Below, in pieces: positions 49,306 through 57,489 of a DNA stretch of 64,000 bases. Numbering within the stretch: the first letter of the stretch is position 1; each line of letters opens with the position of its first letter. The stretch is from positions 445 through 64,444 of the forward strand of contig CAYHBZ010000001.1 in NCBI GenBank assembly GCA_964355175.1, in the 5' to 3' direction. Position numbers and translations under genes: made by a program. The notes beneath the pieces were generated by a model. That model was given only the letters and a program-made list of their open reading frames with translations, was not told the origin of the DNA and searched no databases. The DNA is from an uncultured Gammaproteobacteria bacterium (lineage in GTDB: Bacteria > Patescibacteriota > Patescibacteriia > Magasanikbacterales > GWA2-37-8).

Positions 49306-50769
49306 CATGTTTGCAAAATCACCCTTTTGGGTGGTTTTTGCTATCACCTCGTAAGGCATTTTAAAGCTAACGTCAGCGATATTTTGATTTTCAAAAGTAA
49401 GGTTCCAAAGTAAAATTTCTAACAACTCTCTTTTACCATCATTTTGAGAATGCAAAAATTTTATTTTGGCTTGATTAGCAGTTAAAAAGACATTTTTGAT
49501 TCGTTCCAAAGTTGATAAGGGGTTATTCGGTGATTCTTTTTGAATATCTTTTTGCTGTTTCTCGAGCGTTACCCGTTCATTGTTTAAAGCCTGTATTTTG
49601 GTCGTATAAACGTCTTCGGGTATTAAGTTGGATAAGTGGCCATCTAAGACCTTTGCTTGCTTCTGACGAACGTCGTTGAGCTGTTTTTGTATACTTTCAA
49701 CTGACAGCTGAACGTATTCAAAGCTTTTGCCTGTTTTTTCTTTATTGGCTAGATATGCCATCTCAATTAAATCAGAATCTACTGCTAGTTTATTTAAAAT
49801 TTCAGCGATTTTATTTTCAGCTTCTCGTTCTTTTAAATATTTTTTGTGTTCGTCACAAATTTTCTTGCCATTAGTACAATAATAATAGACATTTCCTTTT
49901 TTGGTACTGCAAGTTAATAAACAGCCGCAATTTTTACAGTTCATAAAACCACGAAAAGGGAAGTTGTGTTTTTCTTTTTTTGCATGCATTCTGCCAGTCA
50001 AAGCAAATTTAGTTTTTTCAAAAAGTTCTTGTGAAATAATTGGTTGATGGTTGCCAGGATATAATTGACCGTGCCATTGCATAAGTCCAGCATAAAAAGT
50101 TTCAGATAATACACGATGGATAACGCTGTGTCCAACTTTACGTCCAGCCTGAGTTCTTAATCCTTGTTTATAAAGTTTGTATTCGATATCTTTAACGCTA
50201 TATGCACCGGTAGAATATAATTTAAACATTTCTTCTACAAAATGAGCACGCTCTGGATCTGGATAAACAGTTTTGTCACCTTTGTTATTTAAATAACCAA
50301 AGGGCGCATAAGAAGGCCATCCACCTTGTCTTAACTTCTCTTGATTTCCACGCTTTACATTTACACTTAAATCACGAACAAACTGATTCGCCATACCAAA
50401 TTCAAACGTCATCAAAAGTACATTGTCGGTTGGAAAATAAGTTCTATCGTGGGCTCGAATTTCTTGCACTATACTTTTTTGAAGAATCCAATTTATGGCA
50501 CCACCATCGACAGGGTTTCTTGCTAAGCGATCCAGTTTCCACACATAAAGAACACAAGGATTATTTAATTTAATATAATCCATCATTTCTTGAAACACTG
50601 GTCGCCCTGGTTCTTTCGCAGACATGCTCTCACAAAAAATCCTATCTAAGATAACACCCTCACGAGCCGCCTTTGTTTGTATTTCGTTTACTTGAGCGTC
50701 AATAGACAAGGATTGTTTCTCTTCTGATTCGGAAGATTTACGACAGTAAGCGAGGTATTTCATATTCAA
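49267..50769 (-). CDS. Large serine recombinase/integrase
   Basis: YCRKSSE catalytic Ser, GRPVF, WKLDRLARN, APFGY, recombinase domain HQPII, zinc ribbon CKNCG..YYYC..C, coiled coil. Confidence 0.95.
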   Translation of the reverse strand: MNMKYLAYCRKSSESEEKQSLSIDAQVNEIQTKAAREGVILDRIFCESMSAKEPGRPVFQEMMDYIKLNNPCVLYVWKLDRLARNPVDGGAINWILQKSIVQEIRAHDRTYFPTDNVLLMTFEFGMANQFVRDLSVNVKRGNQEKLRQGGWPSYAPFGYLNNKGDKTVYPDPERAHFVEEMFKLYSTGAYSVKDIEYKLYKQGLRTQAGRKVGHSVIHRVLSETFYAGLMQWHGQLYPGNHQPIISQELFEKTKFALTGRMHAKKEKHNFPFRGFMNCKNCGCLLTCSTKKGNVYYYCTNGKKICDEHKKYLKEREAENKIAEILNKLAVDSDLIEMAYLANKEKTGKSFEYVQLSVESIQKQLNDVRQKQAKVLDGHLSNLIPEDVYTTKIQALNNERVTLEKQQKDIQKESPNNPLSTLERIKNVFLTANQAKIKFLHSQNDGKRELLEILLWNLTFENQNIADVSFKMPYEVIAKTTQKGDFANMLRGWDSNPRPIG

Positions 50770-50772
50770 AAA

Positions 50773-51723
50773 TTAAAATTCAGGTAATTCAATCGGTCTT
50801 TTATTATTATCATAAGCCTCTTGATCCAGTTTTGTCGGAACGGTTTCGAGAATATCATAACCAGTAATATCAAGAAAGGCAAGTAGCTGTTTTAAAATAT
50901 CAGGATTATTAATTAGATTATAACGCTTATAATCAAGTAAAGGTATATACCCTTCGGTCTTTTTATCAGAGTGGTATTCAAGTGTTTCAGGTGGAACGAA
51001 ATCCAACAACTCATTGATTTGATCATCAAAATATACGAAGCGAGGTTTTTTAAGTTGTTTGCTAACAAAATAACATTTTTTACCGTGTAAGCGAGAATCA
51101 TCAAAATTTTTTGACATATACTTTGACATATACCTAATTATCTTTTTAAGTTCATCCACATTTTTGGTACTTTTAACATTTATAAATCCTTGTCCCCATA
51201 CCTCAACAATTTTCTTTTTAATATCACTGATAAATGGAAGGTTGAAAAACATAATATGATAATGAATAGCCCCACGCTTTTGAAACTCGATAACCACAAT
51301 GTATCTCAGAAAACTCTTTTTATTTTTGGTAATAAAGAAATTAAGACGTTGAATATATTTAGTAAATTCATAATTAGCAAATTTGATGTCAGTAATATTA
51401 TCTCCGAAAGTAAGGGTAATAAACAGCGGGGGATCAATGTGTCCATATGAATCAGGCCAAGCATAGGCATTGCAGTTGATATGATCGTGAAATTGACGTT
51501 TGGCACGCCATAGACGTTGTTGTTTGGCTAATTCTTTATCTACATCTTCTACCCCTGTCTTTTCAACTCTCTCTTTCTTTTCCTTTTCTGGTCTACCACC
51601 AACAAAAAAGTCTTTGCCAAAAAGACGAACCTCAATAACTGCTCCGCAGATTTTTAACTGTTTATCAGTTTTGTAATATAATTTTTCACCATTAAATTTT
51701 GATTTAGCCCAATTACTTAGCAT
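50773..51723 (-). CDS. HUH rolling-circle replication initiator (Rep)
   Basis: Motif I FITLTF, motif II EFQKRGAIHYH, WGQG, motif III YMSKYMSK. Confidence 0.85.
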   Translation of the reverse strand: MLSNWAKSKFNGEKLYYKTDKQLKICGAVIEVRLFGKDFFVGGRPEKEKKERVEKTGVEDVDKELAKQQRLWRAKRQFHDHINCNAYAWPDSYGHIDPPLFITLTFGDNITDIKFANYEFTKYIQRLNFFITKNKKSFLRYIVVIEFQKRGAIHYHIMFFNLPFISDIKKKIVEVWGQGFINVKSTKNVDELKKIIRYMSKYMSKNFDDSRLHGKKCYFVSKQLKKPRFVYFDDQINELLDFVPPETLEYHSDKKTEGYIPLLDYKRYNLINNPDILKQLLAFLDITGYDILETVPTKLDQEAYDNNKRPIELPEF

Positions 51724-51965
51724 ATTTATAAATTGTTTATCTGATTATGTGTATAGTGAATCAAGTCCAACTACCTATACACAATGGCACAGGAAATAAA
51801 ATTAGATTTATGATTATTTGCCTTGCCTTTGGCAAGGCAAATAATATTTCAGTGGCCTATAGACCTCTACAGGTTCGCTCCGCTCTCACGGCCACCGACC
51901 ACCACATACAGTCCTTTAATAAAAAACTACCTTCTGTAGGAAAACTCTGCTCTCGCGGAACACAG

Positions 51966-52115
51966 TTAATGCTTTTCGAACCAATCACATAGTTTAGCGA
52001 GCGAATCCAAATACTCATTGGCCTGTTCGTTCGTTATATCCAAACCATATCTACTTTTGAAATAGACAATAAGACGTCGGCGAAGAGGTTCGGAATAATT
52101 AAATAAAAAAGCCAT
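51966..52115 (-). CDS. Small 49-aa helical protein (below the ORF track cut-off)
   Basis: Manual translation MAFLFNYSEPLRRRLIVYFKSRYGLDITNEQANEYLDSLAKLCDWFEKH*, co-oriented upstream of rep. Confidence 0.6.
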   Translation of the reverse strand: MAFLFNYSEPLRRRLIVYFKSRYGLDITNEQANEYLDSLAKLCDWFEKH

Positions 52116-52184
52116 AGTTTTAAATATATGGCTTCTACTCTATATTGTTTATTTAAAAACGTATAAGGCGGAATTGGTTTCTGA

Positions 52185-52838
52185 TTATGTCTTATTCTTT
52201 AATCTCTTAATAATTTTGGAAATATCATTATAGCCTACAGTAGTTGAAGGGTAGTTGTCTTTTACATTTCTTACTATTTTTTTCGCTGTCAGACCTTCTT
52301 TTTTTAAAAAGAGTATAAACATATCACGAGGATAGTTTTTCGATATCCGCAAATCTTTTTCCTTCACTTTATAAAATTCTTGCTTTGCTTTATTAATTTT
52401 AAGCCACCGTTTTTGAATATCTTTTATCGTTGTATCAGGATAAATCGGTATCGCTAAAATACCATCTTCTTTTTTTTCAGCACCATAAATAAAACAAGCC
52501 GGAGTTTGTAGTATAAATCTATCACACCATTTATGTGTAACACAACCAAAAATCACAATACTAAATAATATCGGAATTGATTTAGATCCAAGTTGGTATT
52601 TCTTTTGTAAAAAAATCAATTCCTTCTCAAGGGTTGGCCAATTTTCTTTGGTAATAATTTCTTTGGATGAATCCCGAGAAAGGTAGGTTTCGCCACCTCT
52701 TTTAATTATTGGGACAAATATTTTTGCAATTTCTTTAGTATCTTTATCAAATTTTTCATCTATTTGATGAAGAGCTAATACTCTCGCAAGAGCTTTCTTA
52801 TCAAATGTTTCTTCCCACCATTTTGTATTAAATTTCAT
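52185..52838 (-). CDS. Hypothetical protein with possible C-terminal HTH
   Basis: 217 aa, basic; C-terminal RD..LKKEGLTAKKIV..GYNDISKIIKRLK. Confidence 0.65.
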   Translation of the reverse strand: MKFNTKWWEETFDKKALARVLALHQIDEKFDKDTKEIAKIFVPIIKRGGETYLSRDSSKEIITKENWPTLEKELIFLQKKYQLGSKSIPILFSIVIFGCVTHKWCDRFILQTPACFIYGAEKKEDGILAIPIYPDTTIKDIQKRWLKINKAKQEFYKVKEKDLRISKNYPRDMFILFLKKEGLTAKKIVRNVKDNYPSTTVGYNDISKIIKRLKNKT

Positions 52839-52907
52839 AGTGAATTTACTGTATCACAAGTAAAAACTCTTTAAAAGAGGAGGGAAACACATTGTTGTTT
52901 ACTGTAG

Positions 52908-53555
52908 CTATTTCTTATTATATTCAATTTTGGCTACCTTAACTATTCCATCCGCCACTCTGTCCAAATATTTATCAATAACAAAATTTGGGTACCGTAT
53001 TGTTTTAAAACCTTTTTTAACTGAATAGTACGATCTGTAATAATCGGATTCAATTTGTTTTGGATCTGTATAATGTTGAATTCCATCGATTTCAATATTG
53101 ATTCTTGCCCACGGAATAGCTATATCAATGTGTTTATACCCATCCCATTTTTCTAACTCACATTTTATACCTCTTGATTCTAAAGCAGTGTGCAAAGCTT
53201 TTGCTTGTGGTGTTGACGAACTTGTGTTTATTTTTGCGATATTATGAATTTTGTCTGGTTTTATAGTGACTACCATCTGCTCAATATCCGCATTGAGATT
53301 TTTATAGCTAGCCAAAATTTTATCCGCTTTCTTTTTGTTCCAAATTTTAAATGCTATATAACCAGCAATTAACAAAACAAGAATAATACTTATTACAATA
53401 AACCAACGCCAAAAAGTTATTTTATCCGTATAAAAAATATACAAAATATAAATTAGGCCAAAAAGTAATAAAATACCTAATGGGTTATCAGTGTCATAAT
53501 CATAAAAATCTTCATCATCATTGTAGTGTCTATATTTTCTTCGGTATTTACCCAT
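52908..53555 (-). CDS. Membrane-anchored DUF559/Vsr-like endonuclease
   Basis: Two N-terminal TM helices; HIDIAI..INIEIDGIQH..D..R..GFKTIRY. Confidence 0.8.
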   Translation of the reverse strand: MGKYRRKYRHYNDDEDFYDYDTDNPLGILLLFGLIYILYIFYTDKITFWRWFIVISIILVLLIAGYIAFKIWNKKKADKILASYKNLNADIEQMVVTIKPDKIHNIAKINTSSSTPQAKALHTALESRGIKCELEKWDGYKHIDIAIPWARINIEIDGIQHYTDPKQIESDYYRSYYSVKKGFKTIRYPNFVIDKYLDRVADGIVKVAKIEYNKK

Positions 53556-53575
53556 ATATATAATAATTGGGTAAC

Positions 53576-53726
53576 AAAAAAGGCTACCCGTAACTCTGGC
53601 GGCTCCTTGCGAAGCCCAACAGCCTTTCGACTGCTGACTGGAAAAACAATACCAGAGACGGCGTAGCCATCTCTATGTTTTTCCAGATTTTTGACCATAC
53701 CCGACGGAATTCGACGGGGTTAGGTC
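53576..53726 (-). ncRNA. Candidate structured cis-regulatory leader RNA
   Basis: Several hairpins including GAAA and GCAA tetraloops, alternative pairings, U6 tract before the DUF559 gene. Confidence 0.5.
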
Positions 53727-53775
53727 TGTTGAATTGTAAAGATAGTATATATTATCTACTTATTTTTATCAACAC

Positions 53776-53803
53776 TTGACACTAATTTTAGTTACTGTAT
53801 AAT
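53776..53803 (+). promoter_or_regulatory. Sigma70 promoter of the GHKL ATPase gene
   Basis: TTGACA-16-TATAAT. Confidence 0.75.
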
Positions 53804-53936
53804 ACTCCTATTCCTTGGTGGAGTATTGGTATCAAAATTGATATCGATCACAGAAACCAAATACAATCTTACTGGTCGATTTGTATTTGATCTCGAACAC
53901 CTTCCAAGGGTGTTTATTTATTTTTTAGTATCCTTT

Positions 53937-55472
53937 ATGGATATTGAAATAACAAAAAATTATATGGATCAATTTACTTCAAATCACCCAAATGCAGCAA
54001 GATTACTCACTTCATTGCGAAACACAGGTTATGATAGTCGAACAGCGATAGAAGACATAATCGACAATTCTATCGATGCTGGTTCGCGTATTATTAATAT
54101 AAATATTAACACTGTTGATAAAGAATCTCGAGTTGTCATTTCAGATGATGGGTCTGGAATGTCACTTCAGATTTTAGACGAAGCTTTAAAATTGGGATCG
54201 GCTACCGAAAAAGACGAAATGTCTGATTTGGGAAAATATGGCATGGGCCTTTGTACAGCTTCTATTTCGATGGCAAAGAGACTTAAAGTAATAACAACAA
54301 CAAACGGACTTGAGTATCTTACTAGTATTCAGGATCTTGATGACGTGGTTAAGGCTAACGATTTTATAAAGGAATTACGTGGCGCAAATACCGATGAAAT
54401 TTCATTGTTCAAAGAATTCGTTAAAGGCGACCATGGAACAGTTGTAATTCTTACAAAGATCGATCGATTGTCTAATGAAAATCTTAGTATATTTTCAGCA
54501 AGTTTAGCCAAAGAGGTCGGTCGTATTTTTCGAAAATTTATTGAATCCGGAATTCAATTTACCATGAATGGAAAAAAGATTGAGTCAGTTGATCCTCTTA
54601 TGTTAGATCAAAAAGGTACGCAAGTATATTCAGACGAAGAATACGAAGTGCCTGTTTCAAACGGTAAAGAAAAAATTCGAGTAAAAGTTGTTATATTGCC
54701 TGATGTAAATGAAGAACTAGAGAAAGAACTTAAGATGAATATCCAGTCGCAAGGTTTCTATTTATTAAGAAATAATCGAGAAATTGCAAACGGCGAGGCA
54801 CTTGATGTATTTAGAAAGCATAACGATTACAATCGTTTGCGAATTGAGCTTTCTTTTACTTCAAATATGGATAATGAAATGGGTGTTCGGTTTACTAAAG
54901 ATGGGGTAAGTCCAAATCAAGCTATAAGCGATTATCTCAAAAGTGAGATTGGAGGACAGGTAGCATCAATCCGAAAAATATTAAAACCAAAGTTTGCTGA
55001 CAAATCAAAAGAAATTGACCATGAGGAGTCTGCAGCTGTTATTGCAAGAAAATCAAAATTGCTTATTACACCAGAAGCCATTATTGAAAAAAGAGAACCA
55101 AAAATGAATGATGGGGCCAAAAAAGAAAAAAACGAGAATGATGAAAAAAGAGAGCGGGTGCCTAACAAAACACGACTTTCTTCAAGAGGGCTTGGTGCAC
55201 GTTTTGAAACTTCATCAATGGGCAGAGAAGGTGCGTTGTACGATTGTTACCAAGAAGGAAAAGTAGTTGTTATACGTTGGAACGTGGATCATCCTTTTTA
55301 TGAAAAGATTATTCTATTAAATAAAGACCGAAAGGATATAACAGCAGGAATAGATTTTCTCATTTATGCCTTAGCTTCAGCGGAGCTTAAAACTACTAAT
55401 GATGATAATGCTGAATTAATAAGTACAATTAAATCAATAATGTCTGCAAACCTAAGAGCCTTGTTGTCTTAA
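53937..55472 (+). CDS. MORC-like GHKL ATPase (HATPase_c_3 + S5-like fold)
   Basis: SLRNTGY..AIEDIIDNSIDA, DDGSGM, LGKYGMGL, HGTVV, QGFYLLRNNREI, NVDHPFY; start ATG at 53937 or 53964. Confidence 0.85.
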   Translation: MDIEITKNYMDQFTSNHPNAARLLTSLRNTGYDSRTAIEDIIDNSIDAGSRIINININTVDKESRVVISDDGSGMSLQILDEALKLGSATEKDEMSDLGKYGMGLCTASISMAKRLKVITTTNGLEYLTSIQDLDDVVKANDFIKELRGANTDEISLFKEFVKGDHGTVVILTKIDRLSNENLSIFSASLAKEVGRIFRKFIESGIQFTMNGKKIESVDPLMLDQKGTQVYSDEEYEVPVSNGKEKIRVKVVILPDVNEELEKELKMNIQSQGFYLLRNNREIANGEALDVFRKHNDYNRLRIELSFTSNMDNEMGVRFTKDGVSPNQAISDYLKSEIGGQVASIRKILKPKFADKSKEIDHEESAAVIARKSKLLITPEAIIEKREPKMNDGAKKEKNENDEKRERVPNKTRLSSRGLGARFETSSMGREGALYDCYQEGKVVVIRWNVDHPFYEKIILLNKDRKDITAGIDFLIYALASAELKTTNDDNAELISTIKSIMSANLRALLS

Positions 55473-55519
55473 TCGGCTGGCCCCCTTAATTGGGGGTCTT
55501 TTTTTAATATATATACAAT

Positions 55520-56404
55520 ATGACTGATCAAAATATAATTCAACAAGATTCGCTGGAGCCACATTTGTCGGTCGTTGTTAGTGGTAATTTGGTGGAGCCG
55601 ACACACGACGCCTTTATAGAACAATTAACTGGTGGAAAAAGCAAAAAATACGTCAGATTCGTAATTGCCGCGTTAAGTAGTATTCCTTGGGTGGGTGGTG
55701 TAATCGGAGCAGTAGCAGGTTATAGTGCTGAAAAGGATCAGGAAAAAATCAATATACTACAAAAATTATGGCTTGAGGAACATAGAGAGAAAATAAAAGA
55801 ATTGACGAATACCTTTGCTGAAATTTTTGGCAGATTAGATAGTTTTGGAGACGAAGTGCAACAACGGATCGAGTCACCGGAATACTTGTTATTAGTCAAG
55901 AAAAATTTTCGTATTTGGGACCAAGCGGACACAAACGACAAAAGAGAAATGTTAAAAAAACTTATAACAAATGCTGGCGCAATATCGTTATGCCCGGATG
56001 ATTTAATCAGGCTTTTTATCAGTTGGATTGATTTATATCACGAAGCTCATTTCTCGATAATCAAAGAAATTAATAAAAATCCAGCAATAACTCGAGGGTC
56101 AATATGGGAAGAAATTCATGGTGAAATACCACGTGAAGATTCCGCAGAAGCTGATTTGTATCGTTTATTAATTAGCGATCTTAGTATCGGACGTGTAATT
56201 CGTCAAGCAAGAGACACGGATATGCACGGCAGATTTTTAAAGAAAAGTCGTACCGGCCAATCTCGTAGTCGCTCGTCTGGCATAATGGAATCTGCATTTG
56301 AAGACACCAAACCATATGTGCTAACTGAACTTGGTACGCAATTCGTACATTACGTTATGAAAGACGTGGTGCCAGAGATTGGGACAGGTAACATCTCACC
56401 ATAA
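55520..56404 (+). CDS. Hypothetical protein, Abi-alpha/DUF4393-like architecture
   Basis: N-terminal SSIPWVGGVIG amphipathic segment, helical middle, C-terminal winged-helix-like YVLTELGTQF. Confidence 0.5.
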   Translation: MTDQNIIQQDSLEPHLSVVVSGNLVEPTHDAFIEQLTGGKSKKYVRFVIAALSSIPWVGGVIGAVAGYSAEKDQEKINILQKLWLEEHREKIKELTNTFAEIFGRLDSFGDEVQQRIESPEYLLLVKKNFRIWDQADTNDKREMLKKLITNAGAISLCPDDLIRLFISWIDLYHEAHFSIIKEINKNPAITRGSIWEEIHGEIPREDSAEADLYRLLISDLSIGRVIRQARDTDMHGRFLKKSRTGQSRSRSSGIMESAFEDTKPYVLTELGTQFVHYVMKDVVPEIGTGNISP

Positions 56405-56514
56405 TAAAATCTTTCTAAAGTCGTCTAAGACATCCAGAAATAGAAAAAAACGACTTACAATCAATGGTTGATAGCTTTGGTAGGTGAGTTGGTTAATATA
56501 AATATGTCTATAGT

Positions 56515-56553
56515 TTAGCCAAATACCGTCCAATCTCATCCCACATGTAGAGC
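56515..56553 (+). repeat. att-like 39-bp repeat, copy 1
   Basis: TTAGCCAAATACCGTCCAATCTCATCCCACATGTAGAGC; 31/39 identical to 57291-57329. Confidence 0.65.
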
Positions 56554-56767
56554 CAACGTGCACGAACAGAAGCGAAAGCTTCTGTTTTTTGTTCAACCAT
56601 ACGGGTTTTTATCAATTATCTCTTACAATCTTTTTTATGCATATATCATTGACAAAACCAACCAAATCATGGTAAGTTTATCTATTCCAAAAACCACACT
56701 TCGTGGATATGGGATCTCCGCCGTGAGAGGGTCGCGGTCAACCAAAGTTCTGAACAAGGAGCATGTC

Positions 56768-57137
56768 ATGCTGGCACGTTTGCAAAAGTACATCCAGGCT
56801 CAAGGGTTCCGTGTCCACGAAATGGCCGAATTGGCCCCTGGCGTGATCGTCGTCCACGACAACTACGGCGAACACGGCGGAGAGTTTGATGCCTACATCG
56901 ACGCTGAAGCCATCGGGCCGACGCAACCGGAAATCTGGGGAGAGGAAGGCCTCGTAACTCCTGGTCTCAAGGGCACTGGCCTCGGCGTCTTGCAGGGCGT
57001 TGCCTTCGGGTCCCCCCCCCAAGAGCGTTTTGCAGTTCTTCCAGGCCGCGCCCCAGCTCCTGACCGGCAAGCAGGCGCCGATCTCCTGGTACGAAGCGCC
57101 CCAGCCGCTCGAAGTCCCGCAGGACATCCGGGCGTGA
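56768..57137 (+). pseudogene. GC-rich orphan gene with +1 frameshift at a C9 tract
   Basis: TTGACA at 56649, AAGGAG RBS, ATG at 56768; G/C-ending codon bias moves to the +1 frame after C9 (57012-57020) and ends at TGA 57135-57137. Confidence 0.55.
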
Positions 57138-57290
57138 GCCACATCCGGGTCTTACCAACCCAGGCAGAGCTAGGGTTCTCGGATCCTCGCTCTCGCTGTC
57201 TGAATATTAAATTAGTATTTGGACAACGCGAGCGATTCGAGATTTATATATAAAATCCAACCATTTTTATGGTTGGATTTTTATTTTGTA

Positions 57291-57329
57291 TTAGCCAACC
57301 ACATTCCAATTTCATCCCACAACCAGAGC
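57291..57329 (+). repeat. att-like 39-bp repeat, copy 2
   Basis: TTAGCCAACCACATTCCAATTTCATCCCACAACCAGAGC. Confidence 0.65.
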
Positions 57330-57489
57330 AATTCAAAAATAGGCGGTGCATTAAGTTTAGGTTACTGCCTTTGCAAGTTAGTTGGTCTCGCTAAGTTTAT
57401 TATTTTTTGGTATACTGAGTAAGTTGATAAGAAATAATATTTTGTACAGGTGGCTTAATTTATTATATTCAAAGTAGATACTTCATAAT

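Larger units (their letters stand above)
49267..56555. mobile_element. tRNA-Asn-integrated element (large serine recombinase + rolling-circle Rep + cargo); right boundary inferred
   Basis: Recombinase overlaps tRNA 3' half, adjacent HUH Rep, AT-richer codon usage, tRNA-3'-like repeat plus terminator at 56515-56590. Confidence 0.75.

Noticed and set aside
53477-53698. 73-aa minus-strand ORF
   Set aside because: Overlaps the structured leader and the start of the DUF559 gene in another frame; RNA structure explains the sequence better
53576-53726. c-di-GMP-I riboswitch call
   Set aside because: GNRA hairpins are present but the GGCAAAC and GACGCAAAG-type conserved segments are not
49267-56555. 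Prophage/inovirus call
   Set aside because: No capsid, terminase, Zot/pI ATPase or run of small TM coat genes
56558-57253. 231-aa ORF as listed, and the overlapping minus-strand ORFs
   Set aside because: The N-terminal part crosses a terminator and promoter; the SD points to ATG 56768; the tail after C9 loses codon bias; minus-strand ORFs are GC-rich shadows
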